64,000 nucleotides of DNA from positions 48,298,001 through 48,362,000 of the forward strand of contig CM060731.1 in NCBI GenBank assembly GCA_030704615.1. The letters are read 5' to 3'. Position numbers and translations under genes: made by a program. The stretch comes from Takakia lepidozioides (taxonomy: Eukaryota > Plantae > Bryophyta). Positions 12,136 through 25,280 of the stretch are shown in pieces (the stretch's first letter is position 1; each line of letters begins with the position of its first letter). The notes below the pieces were generated by a model that saw nothing but the letters and a program-made list of their open reading frames with translations, searched no databases and was not told where the DNA came from.

Positions 12136-12914
12136 TTGAGGACTATTTGGGGTCTATTGAGGCCGATATCTTGCAGGTATTGGGGCTTGCTTTGAGGACT
12201 ATTTGGGGTCTATTGAGGCCAATATCTTGCAAGCTTGTGGAGCCTGCTTGGGGCTGTTTGAAGGACTATGTGGGGTCCTTTGAGGCCAATGTTTGGCAGG
12301 CCTGTGGAGCCTTGTGAGGGCTGGTTGGAGGATGATTGGAGGTCCTTGGATGCCCATATTGGGCAGGCTTATGGAGTTTTCTAAGAGCTCTTTGGGGGAC
12401 TATTGGAGGTCATTGGAGGCCAATACTTAGCAGATTTGAGGAGCTTCTTAAGGGCTGTTGGAGGACTGTTGGAGGTCCTTGGAGGCCAATACTTGGTAGA
12501 TTTGAGGAGTTTTTTAAGGGTTGTTGGAGGACTGTTGGAGGTCCTTGGAGGCCAATACTTGGCAGGCTTGTGGAGCCATTGTGAGGGCTGGTTGGAGATC
12601 TTGGAGGCCACTAATTGGCGGGCGCCTAGGGGCTTTTGGTGGACTGTTTAGAGTCCATGTTTGCGAACTTCTTGAACCTCGGTGGGTCTATGTTATGGGC
12701 TAATTGAGGGCAGATTTCAGAAGTTCATGGCAATAATTTGTGGGCTCTTGAGAGTTATTTGAGAGGTTCTTTAAAGATAGTCTTATCTATTGCTTGAGCA
12801 AGAGTGAGTGTGAAGATAGGGGGAGTAATGGGATGAGAGCATTCTGGGCTTAGAGATTGCTTTAGCTTTCTTTCTTTATAGTCTTCCAACATTCTTGTAG
12901 GCCAAAGCTTTTCC
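12136..12914 (+). mobile_element. 5'-truncated LTR of a Ty3/Gypsy-type element with internal ~57-60 bp tandem repeats
   Basis: Highly similar to 45360-46193; followed by a leader and a gag relic. Confidence 0.8.
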
Positions 12915-13556
12915 GTAAGCGGAGGCAGAGCTAGTTTGGATAGAGACTTGGTTATCTTACAGGTTTATTGAAGCCGCAAGGAGATCGATTGATTTAAGCT
13001 GTGGGAGGTGTTGTTGTTTGAGTTTCTTGTGTTTGGAACCTCCTCCCACACATGCATGCTTGACTGTGCGCCACGTTAGTTTGGTTTGGGCGCTTGCTTT
13101 TATAGGTGGTTGTGCCGGAAATATTGTGGCCGGCCAATCCTAGAGCGTGCTGTCGGTGGTGAGGCTGGGGTGATGACCAGCGGACCATTATTGTTTCTCT
13201 TATGGTGAGGCTGGGTTGATGACCAGCAGATCATAGGAGTGTCTGCGGTGGATGTAGGTGCAAGTGCAGGTTCAGAATATGAACCTAATATTCCAAACCA
13301 TAATCCGCAACAGGTTGTCTACCCGGTTACCTTGTGGAAAGGGGGATTAGAGACAAGCTGATAGCCGGTTTGAGTGTGAGTTTTCATCACGGAGGTGCCA
13401 CCAGTTGCTGAGGAGAGTGCCGGTACGAGCACCAGCGATACTAGTGGGTATACAAGACGAGGTGTGCGGTTTAGGCCACCTTCACCTTCAGTGTCTTCTG
13501 AGGAAGCTTCAGACTCAGAGTTAGGAGGATTCTCACCGAAGGTGTAAGCCATTTCC

Positions 13557-14748
13557 GTGCCATTGTTGTGGGATAGAATTGAGGAAATGTATGGAGCTAC
13601 TAAGGGGCCATGTCGGTACTCTGGAGCTGTGGGCACCTTCGAGCTTGATGATTTCATACATGAGTTTGATAGTTGGTGTGATTTGCAGCAGATGCGCAAT
13701 CCACAACTGTTTACGCCTTTTATGGCGTGGAAGGGGCTGTTTCAGCACCTTGAGGGCCGCCTATGGATGACTACTATGAGTTTAGACGAGGAAATGAGGT
13801 GGAGATTGAGAAGTGGCGACAATATTGGTCACCTGATTATATCTCCAACACTAGAGGCACAAGGGCAGCGGCGACACCAGCAGCTACACCAACATCCCCA
13901 ACTGCAAGCACTAGTAGTAGGACAAGTAAAGATGGAGCTGGGAAATCCACTCAAGCTCCTGCTACAACACCAGCACCCGTGCCTGCCTTTAACCCAGTTG
14001 TGGAGTTCTTCGAGGAGTTAAGGAGAAACTACCATGGAATAAAGACAGAGAAGTTGCGGAGCTTGCAAGAGTTCCAACGGAGGCCTACTGAGAGTTTGAG
14101 GAAGGCTTATACGCACATGAGGCGATTGATAAATGTGACCCAAGGGTTTACGGAAGCTCAAGCAGTCCAATTCTAGTATGGGATATTGGACAATGAGCTG
14201 AGGAGAAGGGTGCGGGATGCAACTCTCCTACAAGTGGACCAACCCATCTTAACAAACGTGTTTTTGCTAGCAGAGGGGATAGAGCTCAATATGGTGGAGG
14301 AACGAGTGGTCATGGTGGGGTTTGGTAAGGAGACACAACGAAGTGGGACTCCTAGCCAACAACAACCACTACCCCCAACGTGCTCAAGGCAACAAGGGGG
14401 CTCAGGCAAAGCCCATGGAAGGATAGAGAGGATCTCAATTGCAGAGATCACTTCCTTCATTCTCAGGCCAACAACAGTCGGGTGTGACATGTTGGGATTC
14501 TGGAGGACCCTTTGTTAAGAGAGATTTCCCGAAGAGAGGCAAAGGGTCGGCACAGACACAACCTACACAATTACAGTGTGGGCAATTTGGCAAGTATAGG
14601 CATGAGGATGCCCATTGTTATGACTTGCATCCTGAGATACGCCAGGCCAGTTCCAAGGGAACAATGGTGGCCGAAGACGAGGCAATATAGTCCAGAGAGG
14701 TAGAGGAGGCAGAGATCGCGGTCGAGGTCGGAACCAAAACCAGGCGTT
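13557..14748 (+). pseudogene. Degenerate retrotransposon gag with zinc-knuckle relic
   Basis: Frameshifted ORFs 13557-14690 with gag-like LQEFQRRPTESLRKAY, CGQFGKYRHEDAHC knuckle and an RG-rich tail; truncated at ~14748. Confidence 0.8.
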
Positions 14749-15488
14749 AAAAAAAAAAAATGAGGCCAAAGAAAGGCTGTCCCATGTTCAACTTGGCCCC
14801 TATAGCCGCTCAAGGCGGGCAGAGACATTTCAAATATCCATGGTCGATTTGAACGGCCAGCGTGTCAAAATTGGTTCCACATATGACGTCTCCACCGTGA
14901 CGATGTTTCCACCTTGGTAAAAAAGATTCCACGTAAGATGTTTTGGCGCGCTTCCACGCCGGGTTCTGGCGCGTTTTCTCCCGCCGGGTACGCGGGCTTC
15001 TTCCCTCGCCCGTTTCTTCCCCCTAGTTCTCGCAGCGTTTCTTACCATCTTGTACGCGTCGCTTCGTGCAGTTTGCGTCGACACCCTGAAGCACACGATC
15101 ATGTCCTAGAACATGTGCTACTTTAATCTTGTTCCTCATATCAAGCGGTTCAATATCATCATACACTTGTTGTACGTTTGGCAAACAGTCCTCCAGAAGG
15201 TCACCTTTATCCTCGTCATGGTCGCTAGATTCCATAATGAACTAGCAGTCTGAATTGTTGATCTTTGGCTGAGTGCTGAGTGCGGTCTTTTCCTCAGTTG
15301 GTCTAGACAGCTCTTGGAATCATTAAAGTCCAAGTTTTCAGCTCCTGATCCCTAAACAATCACATTCGTGTGTGGGACAGCTAAAGTGAAGTTAACTCTT
15401 GTCAATGCGATGGCACTGGCCCGGGAGAGAGAGATGGCAGTTACGTACAAAGTGACAAAGAGTTCATTTATCATGTGATGACTGGCAG

Positions 15489-15635
15489 GGCCAGCACAGT
15501 TTGTAGGAAATGGAAAGAGGGCATGAGGCAAGCCCTGGCTTGTCGGGACAAGTTGAGCTTTGCAGGCTGGCGTGCCGATGACGGTACTGTTTCTCGTCTG
15601 GTAGATGTTCATTGCAACCTTCGGGAACTTAACAT
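15489..15635 (+). pseudogene. Captured exon of an F-box/LRR gene (At5g67140-like)
   Basis: cag|..ASTVCRKWKEGMRQALACRDKLSFAGWRADDGTVSRLVDVHCNLRELN..|gt; AG/GT flanks; matches the recalled VCRKWK..V...LSFAGW..DD motif. Confidence 0.75.
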
Positions 15636-15832
15636 GTTAGGCTTTCTTTTAATAAACCTCAGCTCTGCTTACATCTTGAGCTTCGCTCTGGACATGTATA
15701 ATCATCATTGTCAAAACAAATTAGGAAGTGTTGCAAGTACTTTCAAGGGATATTACATGTACTTGTATTGTTTTTCCCTCTTCATGGTACGAATGCAGAA
15801 AAGAATTAACCCTGGTCATAAGTTCTATCTAG

Positions 15833-16912
15833 TGCAGGACGGCACTGAAGCCTGATGGACAGTTTCTGGCAGCCATGTTTGGAGGCGAAACTGTGAGGTT
15901 GGACCTTTTCTCTTGATTTTTTCCACTGCCAGTTGCACTGCAATTTGAAAAGGGTGTGCACGCTCATGCAAGAGTGTTCAATTTGTGTTGTAGAGGGAAA
16001 ATCTTGCGCACATCTAGTAGATGTATTTGGATATGAGACTAGTCTTCCATGTTGCCCTTATTGAGACTGCTTCTGTCTCTTTTTCTAGGGGGTTTTCAGG
16101 GAACTGAGAATAGCATGCACAGTGGCACAGGTGGAGCGTGAAGGTGGTGTGAGTCCTCGCATCTCGCCTCTGGCTCAGGTGAGTCTCTTCATTTTGGTGT
16201 AGGAATGAGGACACACACACATAAGCTAATAGGGGAGAGAAACAAGGGGTTGGCAATGGGTTATATGCAAGTGACAATTGTCAAAAGTATGTTCATTGTG
16301 GGTGATGAACAGGTACGAGTTGCACTGCCTGCAGTTGATGTGGACGAGTACACTTTGCGATATCCCAGTGTTGTGATACCTAGTAACGCTAATTGATTTG
16401 GATTGTTGGAGAAGCAAGCCATTTGTTATGTCTTGCATTATACAAACTACCTACATACAGCACAGACCGTCATTCTGCTTTGGAATATCTGTGCTTCAGT
16501 ATTTGTGTGCTGCCAGACATAGGCATCCTGGAACAAAGTTAAAAACAGTAATGTAGAGTATCAGCGGAATTAGGGAAGTGAGACAGCGATAGCGATGTAT
16601 ACAATATTTATAGAATTGTACTCATGGTATGTTCCCAGTCAAGGTGTAATGTCCATGCAGCTTGGTGGTATGAAGTGTGTTACCCCATTGTTGATCTATT
16701 ACTACCGTTGTCCTGCCGGTCACACTGTAAGGCATGCCTGGAGGGTAAAGACTGTGCTGGATGAGAGAAATTATGTCTTTGTCAGGGTTTTACCAGTCTT
16801 AGGGCCTTTGCATAACAACGTCGGAGCCTGTATTGACTTATGTGCAGCAATTGAGTTGATTAAGCACTTGCGGGCCATGGGGGAAGTCAACGCTGCTCGT
16901 CAGAGGAGTTTG
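15833..16912 (+). pseudogene. NDUFAF5: Captured 4-exon fragment of NDUFAF5-like mitochondrial methyltransferase gene
   Basis: Exons 15833-15897 (CRTALKPDGQFLAAMFGGETV), 16100-16178 ([26 protein letters not shown]), 16313-16370 (VR/VALPAVDVDEYTLRYPS) and 16848-16912 (IELIKHLRAMGEVNAARQRSL), colinear and with introns. Confidence 0.88.
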
Positions 16913-17838
16913 GTATAATTCAACCTACATCATTTTTCTTTGTTACCTAGTGTTTAGGGCACCATGGACACATTAGGGGCTCCTGGCCCAAACCTGCTCA
17001 GCATTGACGGCAATGGCATGGCTCAGAGTACCCATTCATTTTCTATCCTCTGTTCCTCGAGACACTGGTTCTCTGGCAAGTAAAAGCTGTCTTAATCTAT
17101 TGAGTGCGACAGATAGCAGTGCCTAGAGGAGGGAGCTGCCTGCACATGACAACATGACAATTGCTACAGCAAAGGTAATAGCTCTTTAAATGGGAAATTC
17201 AGTAGTAAATCTGAACATGTTTTTGCCCTACATATTGCCACTTGCTTGTGGCTTGCTGCTTGCTTGAGTGTGAGACTACCTCTGGTTGGAATTCAGGGGG
17301 GCCTTCGAATTGCAGGTCTGTGGAGGTCTGCCCAGCCCTCGAGGCTACAACAGCCCAGCCCTCGGGTTTTACCAGTCTTGTATTTGATTGGTGATGTGAG
17401 GTCATGTGAGGTCATGTAATGTTGCATTTGATTGGTGGCTGGCAGGGCTTTCTTAAGTTCAGCACACTTCAGGAGTGGATTGTTTATCAGCCATTCAGAA
17501 TTGTGGCCTATGGTACGTGATATTGCAAAATTTTGAACAGAATTGATTGGTGAGGACCAGCAGGAGAGTGCTGGCGATATATCATGATTCAGGAACATCT
17601 GATCTGGTTACTCTCTACCTCAAGGTGGCGCTCTACTTTTCTTGACTGGAATTGCTTAGCTTGGGAGGGATATACTGATATACTTGGTGATTGGCGCGCA
17701 CAGGTGGCCATCAGGGTCGGGAGCCAATGTATGAGCAGTTAGATTTTTTGTTTCAGCTTTCACGGTGCTTCCTGACCAGCTTAGTGGGCTGGTTGAATGG
17801 ACTTGTTTTGATTTGTGTTTTTCGGATAATTGTTTCAG

Positions 17839-17972
17839 AAGTGGTGCAAGGGAAAGCAGAAGGAGAAGGTAAACAACTTAGTGTTGTTCGATCAAGGCAC
17901 TTACGACAAGCTGCTGAGTGAAGTGCCCAAATACAAGCTCATTACCCCTTCAGTGTTGTCCGACCATCTTGG
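17839..17972 (+). pseudogene. RPS25: Captured exon of 40S ribosomal protein S25
   Basis: ttcag|[44 protein letters not shown]|gt; no other RPS25 exons nearby. Confidence 0.93.
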
Positions 17973-18012
17973 GTACTAACTCTCTGAATATGACATGTGG
18001 ATAGGTGATAGT

Positions 18013-18072
18013 GAGCAAGGAAAGGGCCTTGGCAAATTCCTGATGCAGTTCCTTGAATTGATTGCACGAAAG
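18013..18072 (+). pseudogene. NAA40: Captured exon end of NAA40-like GNAT N-acetyltransferase
   Basis: EQGKGLGKFLMQFLELIARK|gt, containing the acetyl-CoA binding Q.KG.G motif in NAA40-like context. Confidence 0.7.
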
Positions 18073-19760
18073 GTGTATCTCTTTCCTTATTTTGTCCTGG
18101 GAGCATAAGTGTAACTAGATATGTTAATTTATGCTCTGTTATAGGCCAGTCATTCTCTTTGCCAACATCGAGATGTGATAAGTGGTCCCTACAATCAAGA
18201 ATGGCTTTGGTGTTGATTGTGTGTTGATTTAGTCATACAAATTCATCTACCAGTCTATCCTGAATGAATCATTTAGTTGGAGGACTCGTAGATAATCAAG
18301 ATGATTTCTATGGTGTGATGACATCACAAGAACCATGGGGGGGGGGGGGACTGTGCAGCAGCAGACCATTCAAAGGCTGCTACCTGCAACCATAAGCTGC
18401 TGCTATGAGTGAGAAGCATTCAAGTTGTCCGTTTGCCAAGGCTGCAGTGAGTAGCTTGCGAAGACCTTTTCACATATTTCCCACTAGGTGCTGGGATAGG
18501 TGCCACAGCAAACAACGTTGTATATGTTTGCTGGCCCTGATATCAGAACATGGTGCCATCAATCTTAGTAATGCGAAAAGCTGAATATAAGAGCTCATTT
18601 GGGGAGGACCTCATCTGGTACTTCGGGCCGGATGACATTTGTACAGAATGTAGAAAAGAATGTAGAAATGACATGGTTCTGTTTGCACATTTGAAGTGAA
18701 GTTTGGGACCTTGAACCGAGAAAGAGGGACTGGTCAAAATCAATTTTGACCTGCATTGCTCAAGTTTGCAGTTGGGATATCGGATGGGAAGTGGAACTTT
18801 TGCAGGTCAAAATTGCTGAAGCCACACCTTGAGCAATGCCATTCGAGGCCGTGGTTGACAGAGATCTGCCTTTCATGGACACCTGTTCTGTATGATAGCA
18901 AGTGCACTCATCCCTGTAAAATGTACCACCATTGGTATCTCCATGGAAAGGAGGGATCAGCTGAGCTCAGGTGCTGGATAACAACTTGTTTCCCCACTAG
19001 GCTGGCCCTTCATGAACTTATGTTAAAATTAACCGGGAATGGATTGGGAAAACTTCTTATGCTGGTTTTTCCTTGATTCATGCAAACCAGAAATTATATG
19101 CTAACCCCTGATACAAGAAAAAGGAGACAAATAAGGTGCCAAAGTCCTGAACACCTCACACCAAAGTAGCCAAAGATAGAACCAAAATCACTTGGCTCCT
19201 TAACAAAGTGTTGTAGATGCATATGGCCTTATCTCCCAGCCATAAAACCCCACCGGGGCCAAGGCTTTAGGCTCAACCTCAAGATTTTGAAAGTTGATGA
19301 ATAGAGGTGCAGGGACTCTGTGAAGTGGAGGTCCTCTCTGATGAGAATACCCTGGACATTATATCAGAAAATGGATATTGCATATTGGAAATTGGATATT
19401 GGATTTTGATATATGAAAAGATGGATATTGGATTATTGATTAGATATTTGATATTTGAGAGGTAGGGAGGGAGACAGACTTCATTTGAAACATATTCCAG
19501 ACTGTTACCATTTTCACCCCGAAACATGGCTGCCAGCCATCACCAAGCACTGTCCAGTTTATCCATCCACAGAGGCTTGAAATTCAGTTCAATGTCTCTT
19601 CTGAAATCAAAAGAAAAAGCATTGCCGGAACAACATGCATTGTTTAAGGCACTCGTCCAAAAACACATCAGTCAGTTCTTCCTGCCTGGAGGCACTTGCC
19701 CGTACAACTACCCGTCATGATCAGTGACATCACTAGCATATTGGAAGTCTTCGATGTCAT

Positions 19761-22700
19761 TCAGATTATACGAGCCAGTCTCTTGACCAGCCTCAAGAGA
19801 CAATCTCTTTTGAAGAACGGATTTTTCAAATGTGACTGAGTATAAGTTACCCCCAAATGAATCGTGGGGTCTCTGAAGTTGCATGGATTACCATTGCTAC
19901 CATGGCTACCAGTTGGGATAGTACCCTGGTGGATTAGTGGGAATTGCCTTTCACAATGTTCACATGTGTGAATAATTGTACATTGCTGTTGGCATTTCAT
20001 TCTTGGTCAAGAAGGTATACACCTGCTGCAGTAGCGAAGATATTGGAGACGTGTAACAACCTATTGAGGATTTAGGTTTTTTTGTCACCCTTCAAACTTT
20101 TGAGGGCAATCAGTTTACATCACAAATTGAATGGCCAGGAGCCCTGAAAATTGAGTAGTCTATTACCCGCCCCATGCTGCTTTACAAGGTCTTATACTAA
20201 ACTAAAATGGGCAGGGAAAGCCACGCCTTGGACGCTCCAGTGTCATCGCCAACCCCAGTATGTATACGGTCATGTCATTACTTCCCCTTGCCACATACAA
20301 AGCATGCAAAGTACTCAGAGACCTGCCTCTCAAAAGAGTAGCACCAATACACATCGTGGCACCCATGCCTGAGGACATCATCCAGAAGTTCCCCACTACC
20401 TGCATCACCACAAAACTTTCAAATTTCAGAAGTCACAGCTTTCAGAAATCTGAGCACTTTCATTCCTGCATTACCACAGAACTTTCAGAATGTTGAGAAG
20501 TCAAAACTACTATAAATCACAAATGGAAATTGGTGTATGTCAACATCGAGCTTCAAACTCACCGGCTACATGTTCAAGGGGTGAAGAATTAGACCCCAAA
20601 CTCTCCTCAACTCTTACTCGCCAAGATGCCAGCAGTGTGCGCGTTGTATCCATCCTATCATGTGTCCATCCATGTTTTCGGGAATGAGAGTAGAACAACC
20701 GACACACTTCTGTCAGTATTACCCCTACACCACCCAAGACTGAATCCTTTCTCAGATCAAGATGATCCAATATGTAGGGCAAACACCACATCACAAATAA
20801 TTGATACTCTTCTGCCTTATAATAACCCAAGAATTTCAGCATCCTGGGCCACCGCCCTCCCAAGCCTTTGGGTCTGTGTTGTGTTGCAATTGCAAGCGCT
20901 TCCTCGAGCTCTTTGTTCCGACCTAACATCTCCATGGTCTCAACCAGCAAAACAACATACTTCTTCAGTACATTTAGAGCCAGGGTGTGCATTACATCAT
21001 ACACAAGATCCAAAGAAATGTCGAATCCGTACAGATGGTACAAGCGCCACATGATGGAGTGGCCTGATATGCCACCTCTCCTCTCTTCCACCACTCTCTC
21101 TTTTCCAGGAGGTAATTGCTGCCATACAGTTACTGCATCAAAGATGCTCTCACAACTTCGCACTGGAAGGGGGTGGCGTGCTTCTTCACGTGTATTTTGG
21201 TACTCCAAAGTTGCTCTAGAACTTGAACCTCTTCTTTGCAATTCCAAGTTCAGCTCATGACGCCTACAACCTGAGTACCCTCCATCTTTTAGACCCCCCA
21301 CCTTGCACTGGGCAGGGTGATCCCCACTGAACATCATCAAGATGGCATGTAATGTAATGGTCTCACCAACAAGCCCTTCCAAAAGATGTTCACTCACAAG
21401 ATCCGTCGGGTACGCATATGATATATGGAAGCCATGGATAAACATTTCTTCTAGTTCTTGAATGAAGGGCTCTAAAAAGGTAGATAAGATGCTTGTGTCA
21501 GATTGCTTGATGATCTTATCAGAGCTAGCAGGTATGAAGAGGATTGGGAATGGGCCCAAAAGGGAGATCTTCCCTGTGTTTAGCACAACAACCTCAAGTG
21601 TCCAACAGTCCCGTTGCCTTGTCCTTGCACTCTGGAAGCCATCCCAATGGCCTAAGAGAGCAAAATTCCGGGGATCTCCCTATAACAACAAAACCCATAA
21701 TGATCAAACACAGTCAAACCCAACCCATCAGTTTTGACTAAAAACAAACAAATGTTTGAAATATGGAGGCATCACTGCAGGACGTTAACTTGGAGACTAG
21801 CATGCTCCAAAGGGAGAGAGCTTCTTGGAAGAAATGAATTATGTGGTTGGCAAAAAAAATGTGAAGTGTTACCAACCTTTTGCAAACGCCGTGGTGCCTT
21901 CACACGAGTAGCGCATTCTGGACAAGGAAAAGAGTACACCCCAAGCTCCTGAATCCAACCATGTTGTAGCTCTTTGCATCTCAAAGTCCGGGGAAATGCT
22001 CTAAAACTACGTTTGCACATATGATTCGGGCAAATGATGGGAGCTTCCCAATCTGCCTCAGGATCCCAAAATGCTTGATATTCACGTAGCTTCCCGCCAT
22101 CCCAGAACTCCTTCTTGGTAGCAGGAATGAAATCATTTGGAAGCCCTCTCTATACTTCCCTGTTCCTCCATAAAGCCAAAAAATGGTGGCAAAATGTGTG
22201 GCTTAAACACATACTAGCTAGTATACCTCTTATAGGCAAATACTCAAAGGACAAGACATCTTTTCTCATTTTCTCGCACACGGGGCATGCACTTCTGACC
22301 ACTTAGAGCAGTCTCTTCTATGCTTGACCCTGGTCTTCGGAACACATAAACAGTCAAGCTGCATATCAAGATCATCCTCAACATGAGGCTTCATCAATGC
22401 AGGAGCATGCCCTCTGTTCTTGTCACCTGTGCAAAGTCGCCACTTTTGTGCCTCCACCATGCCAAGACCCTTGTAGATGCTTGTAAGTTGCTTCCATGAC
22501 CTGGGGGCTCAAAATCCATTGAAGTCTCCATCCCAGTCTGAACCCTGAAGAGACAACAATCGTCCTAAGGATAAGTCTTTGTAATCCATGAACCCTGAGT
22601 CCATCACACGGGGTTGCTCAGTCAGTGATCCAAACAAATTCTTCAGGATTTCTCCTTGTGCATGGATTGGCGTCTGGCACTTATCAAGAAGCACATGTAA

Positions 22701-23279
22701 TTCAATAATCCGCGCCATGAGAGCCTCTTGTGAGCTCTGAGCTTGGCCTTCGAAGCTTACTTGCACCAATTCAGGGGCAGAAGAACTTGGGACCACCTGG
22801 GTTGTATCAGTATTCACCATGTCCCTCGCCAGAAGAGAGATATCGACACCTTCTTCTCTGTCATCTTCTCTTAGTGTAGGGATGGCCATCAATTGATTCC
22901 GCATTCTTTCGTAACTATAATGCTTCTTCACCGTTCCCTGGGTCCATTTCCGTTGGCCATTGCACAAATGACAAAAACATGGTAGCAGAAGTCGTTCATT
23001 CAAAGCCTGCGACACAAATGTAGCTCCACCAGACGTGGATGGCCCCTCTGTGACGTCCGTAGACAATACCGGAGGAGAAGGATCTTGCCTTAACAGCCTC
23101 CTCACATCATGATGCAATTCTCCTGCTTGAGATTTTCTCTCATGGTTGTACCATGTCCTCTTTGGCAACCAAGCAAATCCGGGAGCGAAGTGTTGACATC
23201 TGTAAGAACAACTACAGCGCACTCTTCCTTGATCATCCATTACAACCAAGTATTCTGACCCTCTAGAATCAACAGTCAT
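19761..23279 (-). mobile_element. CACTA/EnSpm-like (CMC, Tnp2/Plavaka-type) transposase, spliced and degenerate
   Basis: N-terminal Cys/His motifs (22509-23279), then HWDGFQ, FLEPFIQEL, MFSGDHPAQCKVGG..GYSGCRRH, YDVMHTL and GYYKAEEYQLF (20540-21650). Donor after LEHVA (~20563); C-terminal C..IH.C..KNPFF piece (19761-20000). Stops and frameshifts present. Confidence 0.8.
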
Positions 23280-23556
23280 ACGAGGTTTAGTTACAAGTGC
23301 CCCTCTTTTGAACCTTCAGGTCTCCTCCACCTGTGAATGGAAATGTTACACCAGCAGAAATACACCAGAAACACAGTCCATCAGATGTGAACAACCTCAG
23401 GTATTCTAACCAACATCAGGAACCTTGTGTGAGTGCAAACAACCTTGCAAGCCAAGATTCACAGCAACATGCTGAGTCACATCCTGCATTCAAACATTGA
23501 TGGTCAAAACCTTGAAAAATGCAGGCAGAACAGAAAAGAGAGAATACAGTACTCAC

Positions 23557-24308
23557 TTGAGGTAGGGAAGAGTCATGTTCTTAAGAAGAATGGGGTGCTG
23601 CTGCACCAAACTGCGCCATTCTTCCTTGTCTATCTTCCCATCCTTAACAGGTGACCAAGATTTAACAGCAGGGGTGAGCTGTTAACTGAATCCCTGTGCA
23701 CAATTTAATAGCCCAGCTAGCTAGCTGGGCCTGTAGTGGGTAGGTGTGGCCGTTACTATCTGAGCAGGCCTCTTAGCAGCCAGGTGCAGCTGGGGCCTTA
23801 CAACCACCTACAGCGACCAGTTAAAAAGATAATAAATGCAGTCAATTTAGGTTAGTTGACTGTTACAACTACAGAAATTCATGATTGAAAACTAATGAAA
23901 TTTGAATCAGTGACAAGCAAGAGCTGCGGGTGATGTGTTTCTGATTGCACTTCCAGTTGCAATATCATGTATGTATTTCAAACAAGACTGTCATCGATGG
24001 GTGGCCACTTCCCATTGGAAAGTTGCCCTACAGAATGACCAGGTTTGTCAAGCAAATGACTCGGCAACCACTAAGTCAGAAGCTTTATCCTACTGTAGAA
24101 TCAGAGTCTTTTCCTATTCACACGAAACCTTGCAAAACTGTTTCACAAAGCTATCAACAAATTGTTGCGGGGAATTCCCAAAACAATGAGTGCTTGACAC
24201 ATATAGACAGAAGCACACGGGTAAATGCACCTTATCAATGATCTCAACCACTTCATCTGAGAGGTTCAGACCTAACTCTACCAAAGTCGCAACCACCATC
24301 CGCTTCAC
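23557..24308 (-). pseudogene. CBL: Captured 2-exon fragment of a calcineurin B-like calcium sensor
   Basis: Exon 24308-24231 cag|VKRMVVATLVELGLNLSDEVVEIIDK|gt and partial exon 23645-23557 [29 protein letters not shown]|gt. Confidence 0.9.
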
Positions 24309-25280
24309 CTGCCAATCCAAGTCCCACCCCATATGAACATTTTCAATTTCTGCCTCACTTCTTGACGGAGAACAACAAGATCTCCAACCAGACAGAACAA
24401 CCATTAACCACAATTTCTTGACCAGTACTTACTAAGGCCTCCATACCTATGGAAGGTGGCTAAGGTCCCCTGTCAATAGAAACCAGTCATCCTACATGAC
24501 CACCTGCCCTCTTTGACATTGTTTATACAAGGTGGAAGAGACAACTACATGGTGAAGTATGAGATACGTGATTCTCAATTTCACAACATGCTGGAGCCAT
24601 ATGTGCATGTCAACACCACTCAGTGCATAACATATACATTTCAAGGTTCTCAAGAGTTGTGGAAGTTGTGGGTTGGCATGGTATGGCCACATGGAAACCT
24701 AACCAAGCCACTTTCCTAAAGGGTCCAGACATGCAATGAAGTACCTCTCTTTTAAATGAGTACCTCTCTATTAAGTCATCAAGTAACAAGATTGCTAATC
24801 TTCCACTTTTGTAAATATCCTCCCAAGCCTAAAATATTGCAAAGATAAAAGGCTTGTAAGAAACTAGAGTGCAAGACCACACGAAAGCCTTCGCGGTTAC
24901 AACTCTGCGTAAAAGAGCACTACCCTCCTAATTCACCAGTTGGAACCTTTAGCCATGCCCACATCCTTAAATCTATCCTATGAAGCGAATCAGGCTCCAT
25001 TTGGGTAACTGGTCGTGAACTCTTTAGTTATTTAGAAATTTTAGAATGTTTCACCATTTTCCAGTATGAAGAAATGTATGCAGAAATGGAGACCAGAGAG
25101 AGAGAGAAGTGGCATAGGAGAAAAAATAAGTACTTGGTAGCAAGGCGATCGTCAATAATCTCATTGACGACGTATTGCATCACTCGTGCTAAGAATCCCC
25201 CTCCTCTTCCAGCCATCGCTTACCTGCTCCTCTTCGCAAAGTGTCATAGGCATATGTGGTTTTTAAAAACAGGGGACAGA

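Noticed and set aside
12126-12703. Repetitive Trp/Gly/Leu-rich ORFs (also 45360-45982)
   Set aside because: Translations of 57-60 bp tandem repeats inside the LTR.
14750-19270. Helitron as carrier of the + strand exon mosaic
   Set aside because: No convincing 3' hairpin plus CTRR terminus or Rep/helicase sequence seen; not excluded, but unsupported.
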